This document shows, piece after piece, positions 1 to 12,546 of a stretch of DNA of 64,000 nt. Within the stretch, counting starts at the first letter, position 1; each line of letters opens with the position of its first letter. Location: contig NW_027191481.1 of NCBI RefSeq assembly GCF_011745625.1, positions 1 to 64,000 of the forward strand. The letters are read 5' to 3'. The notes under the pieces are model-generated. The model made no database searches and had not been told where the DNA came from. It worked only from the letters and a program-made list of their open reading frames with translations. Made by a program: the position numbers and the translations under genes. Source of the DNA: Cladosporium halotolerans. Its lineage: Eukaryota.

Positions 1-1012
1 GGGGGGGGGGGGATGGGAGCTGGCGCTGCTACGGCTACGGCTACTGTGCGTACGCGCAGCTGTGGTGGTACCTTGGGTGGACGTGAGCTGTTTGGGATCT
101 GATTGAGTAGACGACGGGGTTATCGTGGAGGTTTTGTTGACGGGGATCTTGATTGCTCATGAAAGAGACTAGGTAGCTGGTGATAAGGCGTCGCCGCTCG
201 AGCAATGCGGTGTTTGTTCGGCCTGCAGTGTAGGTAGGTAGGTGTCTCCTTCGATTGATCATTCATTCACCCCTCGTCGCCTACCGACACCCGTCTCTCC
301 GTAGATACAATCGACCTATTTCCCACATGCAGTCCGCCTATCGCAGCTGATCCCTGTGCGAGCCGCAAGTGCGGTGGGATGCCCGCGTAGTCTCGCGTCT
401 TGACGCGGTTTCACGTGACCGACCGGGAACTCCAAAAAAAAAGTACTCGACGGCAGCAGCTTGATTTTGCCATTTTTGTTGGATTCGATTCGATTCAGGT
501 CTCAGTTCCAATGTGATGACTCGTACACTGTACAAACCCTCATCTTCCACAGTAATATAACGGCATCGCCTCTCCCTTTCCTCTCCCTCTCTTTTCCGAA
601 ATAATGCCTAAAACGCCGCTTCGATCCGATCCTGGGTATCTCTATAGCGTCTTCGCATTCCCAAATTGTTGGCGTTCGTTCGCCGCGGTAATGATATGAC
701 AGTAGAATAACATCGTCCCGCCACTCTTCGTCTCGTGCTCATTTATTGTAGAGCCAGAGCTAGCCAGAATTTTGATGTGCACCGCGCGCTTGTGCGGTGT
801 GTATTCTTTCTGGCTTCGAATGCCTTTGCCGGACGTTCTCTGTCGGTGTTGGTTCTTTTCCCGTCAGTTAAAAGTTTCCTCAAACCCTCCCGTCTCAGCA
901 GGCGGTCGTCTGAAAGTGATGGCGGGCTCCCCGTCCGGCTGCTGTTGGGGATTGTAGACCAGAGCCGTCGTGCTCCAGTTTAAGAAAAATCCGATGATCC
1001 AGCGTCCCCCTC

Positions 1013-2361
1013 CTACGCAGTCGCAAGACAATCGTCCAACACCCCCATCAACGCATCCGTATCCGCCGTCGACCCGCCCTGCCATCCCCACTCGTCCTCA
1101 TCCACAATCATCGGATCGCCACCAACCTCCTCGCCCGCCCCGCCCTTCTTCGCTCCCCCACCATTAACCATGGCCCCCGGCCCCAGCCCGACGTCCGGAT
1201 ACTGACTCAGCATAATCGACTCCGACAAAAACGGCTCGTGCCTGAAATACCTATCCTGCGCCCGCAGCGCCAGCCTCAAATCGTCCGCCCCCAGCGGCTC
1301 CCTCTTAAGCGCCAAATCCAGCTCGACCGGCAGCAGCCCCGCCGCGTTCCGCTGCAGCACGCCCCTCTCCACGTCCTCCTCCTCCCGCCTCAGCTGCCGC
1401 CTGAACCGCGCCGTCTGCACGCACCCTTCGCCGTTCGCCCGCGCGTGCCCGCACAGCTGCCCCAGCAGCTCCTTGATGTAGACCTCGGCGGCCTGCTCGA
1501 TCAGCTCCGCGCACGGAACCAGCGCCCCCTGCGCCCCGCCCGCCACGCCCTCCTCGTAGCAGATCGGCTCGATGCGGTTCTGCACGTCCGCCAGCGACGG
1601 GAACTCCAGGGTCTCGGCGGCCAGCGGCTGCGCGTACTTGCGCTGGATCTCGAGGTCCCAGTTCGTCTTGGCCAGGCTGGCGCCGGCCGCGGGCGCCGCG
1701 GGCGCGGCCGGCTGCTTGGGCGCCAGCTCGCGCTGGTACGCCTGCATGTCTTGCAGGGCGCCGTCTGCGCGCGCCTGCGCGTCGCCCTTGAGGGTTTTGA
1801 TGCGCCGCCGGTCGCGCGCGTGCAGCGCCATGACTTCGCGCTTGAGGCGCTCTTCGGCTTTGTCGTTGGCGCCGATGGCGCCGGCGGCTTTGGAGGCGGA
1901 GGTGGGCTTGTCGGTTGCGACGACCCAGGGGGCCACTTCGGAGGGGGGAGGGTCGCGCTGGATGTTGGCGTAGAGGCATGCTATGAGGGTGTTGTGGAGG
2001 TGGAGCGTTGAGAGGGGGGAGGTGGTGGAGTTGGTGGATGTTATGACTGAGGGAGCGGACGAGAGCAGTGGCTGGAGCACCCAGCTTAGCTCTGCTTGGC
2101 TGAGTTGGCCTTGATGTACGTTAGTATTTGTTCCTCTTGCGAATGTAGATGCAAAGGCTCACCGAGTGCGAATGCATTGACCGCAGCCTTGTAGTCCGGC
2201 CATTGGTGTCCGAGAGCCGCCTTGAGCTGCGTGTAGATCGACTCAAGGTCGACACGCGGGACGGGTATCTTTCCATTTTTATTGAGCGCGGAAGAAGGTG
2301 TGACCGGTGCCTTGGTGGTCAGAGTCGGGGATATCGCGATAGATAGGTCGGCGGGATTCAT
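1013..2361 (-). CDS. HFI1: SAGA complex subunit Hfi1/Ada1 (Tad1 family), 2 exons
   Basis: Exon 1 MNPADLS...RVDLESIYTQLKAALGHQWPDYKAAVNAFALG is joined through intron 2110-2162 (GTGAG...CTAAC...AAG) in frame to QLSQAELSWVLQPLL...LHLHNTLIACLYAN...LPSLADVQNRIEPICYEEG-like...AAEVYIKELL. This matches the fungal SAGA-Tad1 pattern. Confidence 0.88.
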
Positions 2362-3587
2362 GGTGGGCGAGTAGGGCTACCGGCGCAATCTCACGTGTCC
2401 CTCGGTGGTGACATGAGGAGGCCGAGAGCGCGCGGGGTCGGTGTTGTCGTAGAGGATTCGTAGATAATGTTGTCGTGCGCGGAGGGTCCGACAGAACAAC
2501 TAGAGGGCGACTTGCGCGAGATGCGACAGAGCAATGTTGTGCGATGCGCCCAAGGGCGGGCGTACCTGTTGCCAGAGGTGAGCTCGCGGGACATCAGGCG
2601 TCGGCGTGATGCGAAGGCTGGCGGCGGGCGTTTAGCCTTCGCGGGGAGAGCCGCTTCCCGAAGAGCCGCATGTGGATGCCTGAGGTGTGAAAGACAAGCA
2701 TCGGGTTGTTCCTACGCCAGGTACCAGGCAGTGGGTAGCGAGCATGCAGGAATATTTACAGGCATATAAGTTGCGAGCATCAGGACCTCTCGACTACGAA
2801 AATGCCCTCCATTGCATTTGTGCAAACGAACACAGGCCAACTTTCACACCACAACCCACACAGAGCTTGCGCTGCGAACTGGTGCTGTTCTGACTTCCCG
2901 TGGCTGATCAGCCGTTGCGCCTCGTGCAACCTTCTGTGGCATTCAAAGTATGTCAAGTTAAACAAACTCTCTCCTCATGTGCAACACTTTACGATTCCCC
3001 CACAACACAGCGATGCGCGCCCACTGCACCAGCCTGGCGACACATGCGACAGGCTGCGCGGCGCAAAGAAGAAGTCGCGAAGCTTTGATCAAGGCGATTG
3101 CCGGAGCGGCTTGCGCGTACGCGACGCCGTTGGATGGGCCTAGCGGCTGATCGTGCAGGCTACTCCTGCGGACAAACGCAGATCCCTGTCGTCACTGCCC
3201 GAACAGGCGTGCTGTACGAGATCTTTCGAACACTCATTTCGAACAATACGGAGGGCCGCGCAGGAAGGTTTGCTCGCTGTTTCTACCTAGGTAGCCCGCT
3301 CCTTCAATAAACCATTGGCAATCTCACTGCTGTAATTCTGCCTCTCCCAGCCCTTGCCGGTGCCTCCATCGCACAGCAAGGAACACAGTGACAACCTGCG
3401 ACGTCGCTCAGACGCCTCTCAACCCGCAGCTTACGTTGCTGTCGAACCGCGTTTGTGCTCCTGCGCCCTGCAATCCCCCCGCTGGCCAGGGCTGGACATC
3501 CAAGGAGTCGCAGTCCTCTGGTCATGACTGTTTAGCTCTTCTCTCTTCCTACCATCGTCCATCGTTCATGCGCCTCTATCCGCCATC

Positions 3588-5021
3588 ATGAACGCGAGCT
3601 GCAATCGCGCCTTGACGCTACCCCGCCTGACCCTCGCTTTCCTCATCATTCTGGCCGTATACCTTTTCCGGGACTCATGGATACCTGCAGACAGCCCGTA
3701 CAGCATCCATGCGCCAGTACCTCAACCTGACGTGCAGCAGTCTGACACGACTGCCGAGAAAACAAGTGACTCGGTGAAAAAGCCTCAGGATGACGACTGC
3801 CGCAGCATGCCGGGTGCAGACAATGTGCTTATCCTGCTCAAGACTGGCGCAACGGAGATCTACGAGAAGCTGCCGACCCATTTTATGACCTTGTTCAAGT
3901 GTGCTCCGCACTACATGATCTTCTCGGATCTTGCCCAGGACTACGCGGACTTTCCTATTCGAGATGCCATTGCTCCTGTCAGCAAGCAGTTCCGTGAGCA
4001 ACATGAGGACTTCACTCTGTACAGAAAGCTGCAGCAGTATCAGCGTGAAGGCCAAGACACGAGCAAGCTAAAGGGTGGTGAAGGGTGGAACCTGGACAAG
4101 TGGAAGTTCTTGCCGCTGCTCTTCGAAGCCTTCGAATCCGCCCCGCCGAACATAGACTGGTTCTTCATGATGGAGGCCGACACGAGCGTTTCCTGGACCA
4201 ACCTGCTACAGTGGCTGAATACCATGGACGCCAGTGACCCGATATATGCCGGCTCACAGAACGTCATCGGCGGCACCGAATTCGCCCATGGAGGAAGTGG
4301 AGTGTTGCTGTCCCGTCAAGCGGCAAAACAATTGCAAGAGACGCGCGAGCAAGAAGGGAAAGAAAAATACAACAAGCGCTGGGAGGAAACGACCAGCTCC
4401 TCCTGCTGCGGCGACGAAGTGCTCGCCCGCGCTCTGCTCGAAGCCGACGTCCCCATGAAGCCCGCGTGGCCTCTGATCCAAGGAGAAACCGTCGCGACCG
4501 TCGATTTCACCAAGAACCACTGGTGCACCCCCGCCATCACCTGGCACCACGTCACGCCGCTCGAGATCGATGCGCTCTGGCAATTCCAAGCCGACTGGAC
4601 CGAAGACCACGGCTGGGACACGCCCTACCTGTTCCGCGACATCTTCGACCACTTCATCGACAGCCACATCACTTTCAACCGCCACGCGTGGAACAACCTC
4701 TCGCAGGACAGGAAGCTGGTCGCGCGCTCCATCGCCTCGGACGACGACATCGATATCTCGAGGCTCAGCCAGCTCGAGCAGAAGGCCGTCGAGAGCGAAA
4801 GTGGGTGCGAGGCGGCTTGCGCACGTGATCTGCACCGGAAGTGTGTGCAGTGGATGTTTTCGCCTGGCCGGTGCTACTTGGGCCAAGTGGTGCGGTTCGG
4901 TAAGACCGATGAGAGGGAAGGCGAGTCTTGGATTTCGGGGTGGAATTCGCAGCGTGTTGCGAAGCACAAGGCGCAGCTTGGGACGTGTAAGAAGGTTGAC
5001 TGGAAGGATGGTGAGTCGTGA
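3588..5021 (+). CDS. Glycosyltransferase family 31 (Fringe-like) type II membrane protein
   Basis: 477-aa ORF with an N-terminal TM anchor and motifs LKTGATE, GWNLDKWKFLP, WFFMMEADT, FAHGGSG, CCGD, ITWHH, plus a C-terminal Cys-rich domain. Confidence 0.88.
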   Translation: MNASCNRALTLPRLTLAFLIILAVYLFRDSWIPADSPYSIHAPVPQPDVQQSDTTAEKTSDSVKKPQDDDCRSMPGADNVLILLKTGATEIYEKLPTHFMTLFKCAPHYMIFSDLAQDYADFPIRDAIAPVSKQFREQHEDFTLYRKLQQYQREGQDTSKLKGGEGWNLDKWKFLPLLFEAFESAPPNIDWFFMMEADTSVSWTNLLQWLNTMDASDPIYAGSQNVIGGTEFAHGGSGVLLSRQAAKQLQETREQEGKEKYNKRWEETTSSSCCGDEVLARALLEADVPMKPAWPLIQGETVATVDFTKNHWCTPAITWHHVTPLEIDALWQFQADWTEDHGWDTPYLFRDIFDHFIDSHITFNRHAWNNLSQDRKLVARSIASDDDIDISRLSQLEQKAVESESGCEAACARDLHRKCVQWMFSPGRCYLGQVVRFGKTDEREGESWISGWNSQRVAKHKAQLGTCKKVDWKDGES

Positions 5022-5316
5022 AATTGAGCGGAACTTTGTACGAGACTTGGAAGAGGTTTGGGCCGTCGTCAAGAAGTTGTACTTTCGGCGATGTGCCTAC
5101 ATCGTTAGTTTCATCGCAATTCCAAGTGCTGGAAGCGAGTCGGTGGGCATACACACAGGGTGGCTGTCACTTGACACTCACTGATTGGGTCATCATAAGG
5201 GTTGACAGCTGAGCAGGCGCTGGTGGATATCTGATCGTTCAAAAGCTTTTCCTTCCTTCTGTATACTATCTATCCAGAAAGCCTTCCAAAGCAACTCGCA
5301 CCCCTCTTCCATTCAA

Positions 5317-7220
5317 TCACGTAACATGCTCCTTCTCGACCTCCTTCGGAATCCTCACCGCAACCCCCGTAATCACCGCCCCCGCCAGCGCAGCCGCCAG
5401 CGCAAACCACCACGCAGCCCTCAACCCCTCCAGCCCAATCGTCCCGTCCGGCAACGCATCCACCTCCGCGGCAATCGTGTCCCCCACAGACGTCATGATC
5501 GCGCTCGACAGATTCTGAATCGTCACCAGCAGACTCCCCGCGCTCCCCTGGTAGCTGCGCGGCACGTTGCTCGTGATGAAAATCGACGCCGCCGCGAACG
5601 ACATGTCCGGCCCGAAGGTCGCGAGCGCGATCCCCGGCATGCTGAGCGCCCAGTAGGTCGTCGAGGGCCGGTTGCCGAGGAAGAAGGCGGGGCCCAGGCC
5701 GAAGGCCACCATCGAGACCATGTAGATGTAGTGGCCGGGGATTTTGTGCAGGAGCTTGGCGACGAGGAAGGTCGCGAGCACGCCCATGAGGGCGTTGGGG
5801 AGCAGGTAGAGGGCTACGGTTAGGGCAGATTTCGACTGGATGTTGAGGAAGAACTGCATGGCGTAGAATTGCCAGGCGCCGACAAAGCCGCCGAATCCTG
5901 GTGCGTGTTAGTAGGGGTTTTGGGAGAGGAGTTGGGGATGCGGTGCGGTCGTTGCTTACCTAGGAAGTAGGCTGCCATGAGAGGTGCGAAGCCTGGAGTT
6001 TTCCAGAGCGAGTTTGGGATCAGTGGGCGGTGGACTTTGTGCTCGACGACAAAGAAGGTCGCCAGTAGAACAGCGCCGACAATGATCAGGACGTATGTGT
6101 ACGGAGACCACTTGGCTACGGTACCCTGTGTCAAGCCAAAAAGGAGACAGATGCAGCCAGAAGTTGCGAAGATAGCGCCCTTCCAGTCGAAATCGCGAAT
6201 AGTAGGAGCATCAACGCCCACTGTATCAGCGACCGGCTTCAACGGAGGGATCGTAAAGTAAGCCGCAGCAGCACAAAGACCGCAGAGGATCGCGTTCGAG
6301 CCAAAGATCCATTCCAAATGGTCAGTCAGGGCGCCGCCTTGGATCGCACCTAGCCAGAAACCGAAAGGCGCCATCGCGGCCATGGCGCTGAAGACACGAG
6401 TTTTGCGGAGGCCTGGTGCGTACACTCGGCCCAAGATGCTCATGCTGCCGGAGACTACGACACCAACTGCGAGACCTTGCATGGCTCGCATGAAGAAGAA
6501 TAAGGGGCTGCGAGCGGGTGTGAGGCTGAAGGCGCCGATGACGTTCCAGATCGTGAGCCAGACGAAGGCCGCCACCACTACCATTCTGGGTGGCATCAGA
6601 TCAGAGAGCGAGCCGGACAAGATGACACTCAAACCCAACGCTACAAGGTAGCTTCCCACAAGCCAAGGCAGCTCGCCGGCTTGGATCCCCAGTGCTGTTC
6701 TAAAAGCCTGCTGGTTTACGTTGATGTTTCCTTGGAAGAAACTGAAGAATAGCTGGCCACTGCTGCAAACCAGGACGAAAATGATTTCGGTAGTCAGGCT
6801 GGCCAACTCTGGTGGCCGGCCTTTGGATCCACTAGGTGCTCCCGGACCTTGTTCAAGGCCTGCATTGTCGGCCGGCGGGATCTGACTTCGGTTTGTCTGC
6901 GTTTGGTACAAGCCTTCGAGCGCATCTCCCATGTGACTGCGGGTTTGCGTCAGGCTTTCCATAGGATAGGACTCTTCTCCAGTGCGAACGGTGCCATTCT
7001 TTCCTAACGAGCGATTGTGAGATGCCAGGAGAGGGGTAGGAGTTTGTGCACCAGATGGCGGCTCATCGAATGACGTCCTGGTCGAGTATGGCACATTTGA
7101 TGGATCAAGGTTGCCGCTTCTGCCTTGTTCAGCGCCATACACGCCAATGTCGGCTGAAGGACGGGTGTCGGAATGCGAGACGGTAGGACGCAGCTCCGCA
7201 GAGAACCCTGGGGTAGACAT
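5317..7220 (-). CDS. MFS multidrug-type transporter, 2 exons
   Basis: Many hydrophobic helices, with motifs GSLSDL and RAMQGL. Intron 5898-5959 (GTAAGC...CTAAC...CAG) joins AYFLG to FGGFVGAWQFYAMQFF in frame. Start taken at ATG 7220. Confidence 0.88.
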
Positions 7221-8399
7221 GATGACGGGTAGCAATGGGCGGCCGAACGGGCACACCTCGATGCGTGCAATTGAAAGAGTACTAGGCGATGAAGACAAAG
7301 AGACTTTGGTTGGTATTGGATCAAACCTACATAGTTATGATGCCCTACGATCGGCATTTGATCACCGAAGCAGTGACTCTGTGGTCTTTGATAAAGGTTT
7401 TCGGTGTCGGTTCTCACCTGCACGATGCATCTTTTCTGACGCTGAGGTGTGGCGGAAACCCAAAAGCGGGCATGCCGCGAGTGGATTCAGGGTCTCTTTG
7501 GGGGATTCGTCCGCCCCACGACCCACGCACGCATTGCTACGGCCGATGCCGACGGCGGTGAGCGGTATCCGACGTGACGCTGTCGTTGCTGTGATCACGG
7601 ACGTGTGCTTCTGTTTCGGTCATTGAGTGATGGAGTGCACCGACGCTGCCACTTCACCACGAGCTCTGAGGCTCCTGGGCAAACGCCGCTCAAGCCCGAC
7701 CCTTCTACACACCGTGTCGTAAGTGAAGCTGAGGTTCGGTTCAGCAAGAGATCGATACATCACAGGAGACGTGAGGCTCTTGTCACTCACCTTTCAAATC
7801 ATGGCAGAATGTCGTCGTTGGAGTAAAACGGCCAGCCGACGGGCACAAACGCCACGCAGGGCACCGCATCGGCAGCGCTGTAACCGTGGATCAAACCAGA
7901 TTGAACGGATCACGAGAACGATGCTTCTTCAGAAGCTAGGAAACGGAGTCGTCGTGCGTTGCGTCATGTGTTGGTCTGCATTCGGTATAAAGAGAACCTC
8001 ATGCAAGCCGGGCGTTGGCAGCAGATTCTCCGTTCCCCGCTCGACCGCAGTCTCGAGATCCGTCAATCGCACAACGAAAGCTTTCTTGCTAGGCTCTTTC
8101 AATCTTTAACCTGCTGTATGATGCGTCGTATTCAAGTCAGGAGCATGGCAGACTTCGGGATCCCCACCTCTGGGCGTCCACAAGCGACCTGGCGTCCTTC
8201 ATCATTTCTGCTTCAGTTCCCCGGAACTATGGATGAATTGTATTCTTGCCCTATATCAGGGCTGTCTTGCAGCGGAAAGGAATAGGCTCAATGATACCGC
8301 TGATCACACATATAGCCGCTGGTAAGTACAAATGCGTGATGTCGGGACGGAACGCGAAAACCGCAACGCCCTAGCGGCTCTGCATTCAAATCCGCGACA

Positions 8400-11300
8400 A
8401 TGCTCTGGCAATCATTTACCATAACGGCAGCCTTATGCTGCCAGACTGTCTTTGGACTTGCCCTACATGACCATCAGACAACCACTCTGTCAAACAAGCG
8501 ACAAATAGACGACCTCGTAAGGGCATTCGACGCATCCTTCCGACGGTGTTAACATTAGACAGGTGACCTGGGACGAGCATTCGCTATTCGTTCGTGGAGA
8601 ACGCATCTTCCTCTACTCTGCGGAATTCCATCCTTGGCGACTACCAGTGCCAGATCTGTGGGTCGATGTTCTTCAGAAGATCAAAGCTCTTGGCTACAAT
8701 GGCGTCTCATTCTATGTTGACTGGGCTCTATTGGAAGGCAGCCCAGGAAACTTCTCTGCAGAAGGTGCCTTAGGATACGAGGCATTCTTCTCCGCTGCCG
8801 AAGAAGTTGGCTTGTATCTCATAGCTCGTCCAGGACCCTACAGTAAGCTATCTTTAATCTGATTTCTGGCCACGCCCAACGAGTATTGACTATTTTAGTA
8901 AATGCCGAGGTTTCAGGTGGAGGGTTTCCAGGCTGGCTCTCCCGGACATCAGATATTCTGAGGACTAATGAGACTGGATATCTCGACGCAACGCAGAACT
9001 ACGTCTCTCACATCGGCAGAATCATCGCAGAGGCCCAGATCACCAACGGCGGCCCTATTGTTCTTTTCCAACCCGAAAATGAGCTAACATTCGGTGCGCC
9101 TTGGGTGAAGTGGCCGGATGTTGAATATATGGAAGCTGTGAATCAACAGTTCCGGGACACTGGGATTGTGGTACCATTCAGTAGGACTTCCGTACCATTA
9201 TCACCCCAAGAGAAGCCCGCTAACAAACGGAACAGTCAACAACGAGGCTGCTGCAATTGGTCTATTTGTTCCAGGAGAGCCTGGTGGTCCAGATATCTAT
9301 GGTCATGACAATTACCCTGGTGGCTGGAATTGCTCCGATCCTACCAACTGGACACAGTCAAACCTCCCGACAAACTTCCGTCAACTTCACCTTGAGCAAA
9401 GCCCGAATACACCTTACAGCATCCTCGAATTCCAGGGTGGTGCTCTAGACTCTTGGGGTGGTCCAGGATTAGATGGATGTGCCGCGCTGATCAACTCCGA
9501 ATTCCAGAGGGTCTTCTTCAAGAACAACTTCGGCAATGGTATTACCATCTTCAACATTTACATGACTTACGGTGGCACAAACTGGGGAAACCTTGGTCAG
9601 TCTGGCGGTTATACCTCGTACGACTATGGTGCAGCTATCAGGGAAGATCGAACGCTCACGCGCGAAAAGTACTATGAAGCGAACCTCATCGCACAATTTG
9701 TGGTATCTTCACCGGCATATTTAAGCGCAACTCCAGCGAACTTGACGAACTCATCTTACGCAAGCACGTCTGCGATCACTACAACACCCATATTCGGGGA
9801 CCCAACGAACTTCTATATCGTTCGCCATTCGAACTACACGACGCTGGCTTCCACCTCTTATTCTTTTACGGCGTCGACGAAGGCAGTTGGCAATGTGACG
9901 ATTCCGCAGCTTGGTGGCACCTTGACTCTCAATGGTAGAGACTCTAAGACACATGTTAGTATGATCGTCTTTACAGAACATGAGATCTCACTGACTGTCT
10001 TCGCCAGGTTACCGACTATGACGTGCGCGGCATCAATCTGATCTATTCATCTGCAGAGATCTACTCCCATGCGAAGACGGGCAAGAAACGAATCCTTCTG
10101 CTCTACGGCCTAGCGGGCGAGACCCATGAGCTCGCCTTTGCCTCGCGCCTGGGAAGGCCCACGGTGGAAGGTGGCTCAGTCAAGATTGCCAGAAGAGCTT
10201 CCATGTACGTCGTGCAGTGGACGGTAACGGCCGAGAGAAAGGTCTTGCATTACGGCGACGACATTGACGTATACCTACTGTGGCGAAACGATGCGTTCAA
10301 CTACTGGACCTTGGAGTTGGAATCTCCCGCTCCAATTGGTAACTACACATCCCCACAGAAAGACCTGGTCATTGCAAAGGCTGGATACCTCCTGCGTACT
10401 GCCTCAGTATCTGGATCCTCGCTATACCTTACTGGCGATGTGAATGCAACTACGACTTTGGAAATCTTGGCCAGTCCAACTAAAGTCAGGAACGTGTACT
10501 TCAACGAGAAGAAGCTGCGTGATGTTAAGTCCAGCCACGGCCGCTTGACTACCAAGCTGGAATACAAGCGACCTAATCTGAAGCTTCCAGATCTTTCACA
10601 GTTACGCTGGAAGTATGTTGATTCCCTGCCAGAGGTTGGAGATGAGTACGATGACTCCGCATGGGAGAGCGCAAGCAACACCGAAACGAACAACACTGTT
10701 CGCGACGACGCCGGTAATGTTTTCGAGTTAAAAACACCTACCTCTCTAATTGCGAGTGACTACGGATACCACACAGGATCACTCATCTACCGCGGCCACT
10801 TCGTCGCCAATGGTGACGAATCATCGCTCTACCTTTCCACCACCGGCGGCCTGGGCTTTGGTCACTCAGTCTGGATCAATGGCAACTACGTCGGCTCCTG
10901 GATCGGCAACTCCACTGCACGTAGCTACAATCAAACACTGTCAATGTCACCAGATCTCGGGCTGGAGAAGGGCGCTGAGCACGTGATCACCGTCGTCATT
11001 GACCACATGGGCATGGAGACTAATTGGACTCCTGGCTTAGACTTCATGAAGACACCGCGCGGCATCATCGACTATGAGCTGTCTGGCCACCCACAGAGCG
11101 ACATAGGCTGGAAGCTCACGGGTAATCTCGGAGGTGAGGTTCACCTCGACCAGACTCGCGGACCGTTGAACGAAGGGGGCTTCTACGCTGAGAGGCAAGG
11201 CTACCACCTACCTCAGCCTCCAACCAAATCGTGGCAGCGTGCTTCACCACTGGATGGTATTGAAGGGCCTGGCATTGCTTTGTACAGTACGAGCTTCAAG

Positions 11301-11689
11301 CTAGACCTTCCCAAAGGTTACGATGTGCCTTTGAGCTTCGTTTTCGGTAACTCAACAAGCGGTCAGAAGTACCGCGCGCAGCTCTATGTTAACGGCTGGC
11401 AGTTTGGGAAATACAGTAAGTCTTCCTCTCCCCGTGCCTATCAATCCTCCTTGAGTGACTAAACTGTGTAGTCAATCATCTTGGCCCGCAGACCAAATTC
11501 CCTGTCCCAGAAGGTATCCTCGACTACAATGGCGAGAACTATGTTTCTGTCACCTTATGGGCTCAGCAGACTGAGGGCGCGAAACTGGATGGCTTCAAGC
11601 TTGTTGCAGACACTGCGATCCAATCTGCTTACAGGAAGCCTAGATTGAGCTGGAGTGATGTCTGGGAGAAGAGAGAGGGAGCTTATTGA
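8400..11689 (+). CDS. Secreted GH35 beta-galactosidase, 6 exons
   Basis: Signal peptide [19 protein letters not shown]; motifs [77 protein letters not shown]. Introns at 8517-8562, 8843-8898, 9181-9235, 9955-10007 and 11416-11471 all restore frame. Confidence 0.95.
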
Positions 11690-11819
11690 GATTGATTCAC
11701 TTCTTTGAACGGACCTTTCGAGATACTAGCTCATGGGTATCATTCTCGTAGTGCCGATGCGATCCAAGGTACATAGTGCTATTCTACGATTTCGAGCCAA
11801 CGCAGATATCATAGACAAA

Positions 11820-12230
11820 TCAAGCTGCTTCGTTCTCGGTTCCAGCAGGCCATAAAATCCTCTTCACCCCAAGTCCAACAGGCACTCCAACGACCACCGC
11901 ACCACCCACGATCAGCCATTTGACAACGCCTCTCGCCTGTGCACGATGTTCCTCACTCATGGTTTCTCCTTCCTTTCGCATGTGCTCCATGCCTTCTTTC
12001 GTGGAGGAAAGCTCCGAGATGAGATGACCGAATGATGAATTGCCAAGCGAAGGTTTGTGTTGTGCTGAAGCCCATGAGGACTCATCGATAGGTCCACTCT
12101 TCTTTGATGGAGTTTGAAGAGGCGAGATAGATGAAATTGAACGGACGCCATGATATTGCACAGGCTGTGGTATGCAGAGATGACGAGGCCTTGAGAGACC
12201 GCTCATGAGAGGTCGGAGTTTCGTCTGCAT
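11820..12230 (-). CDS. Small hypothetical protein, possibly mitochondrial, with a C-terminal TM helix
   Basis: Arg/Ser-rich, acid-free N-terminus (MQTKLRPLMSGLSRPR...VRSISS) and one hydrophobic segment WLIVGGAVVVGVPVGLGV. No family recognised. Confidence 0.5.
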   Translation of the reverse strand: MQTKLRPLMSGLSRPRHLCIPQPVQYHGVRSISSISPLQTPSKKSGPIDESSWASAQHKPSLGNSSFGHLISELSSTKEGMEHMRKEGETMSEEHRAQARGVVKWLIVGGAVVVGVPVGLGVKRILWPAGTENEAA

Positions 12231-12546
12231 TATCTGTTCAGATAGTTCGCAGGTATTCAATATTTCTGTTTTATTTGTTTAGATCCTTTTCCACTTTTTC
12301 ACGATGATTCGATATCAATGCTGGTCGAGCAGTCTGATGAAAGAGAGCATGGAGAGTTAATGACGCCTGCGACAATGTTCATCCGATTCTCACCCGAGAT
12401 ATCTCCAACAACAGCGCCCTTCAACATCAGCCGCAGTATTTCTCAGCAAAGTGGCAGTCATCGCGACAATAACATCATCTCCTTGGTTTTGTGCGAGAAA
12501 TTATAGATCGATGCAATTCTTCCCACTGGACTTGGAAACCCGCTGA

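Noticed and set aside
1..160. Possible minus-strand gene start (MSNQDPRQQ...) at the window edge
   Set aside because: The frame closes quickly unless spliced, and the rest lies outside the window, so it cannot be supported.
1238..2011. Long antisense or alternate-frame ORFs over real genes (also 20013-21167, 23587-24540, 54458-55834 and others)
   Set aside because: These are shadow ORFs produced by high GC3 codon bias, with no independent motifs.
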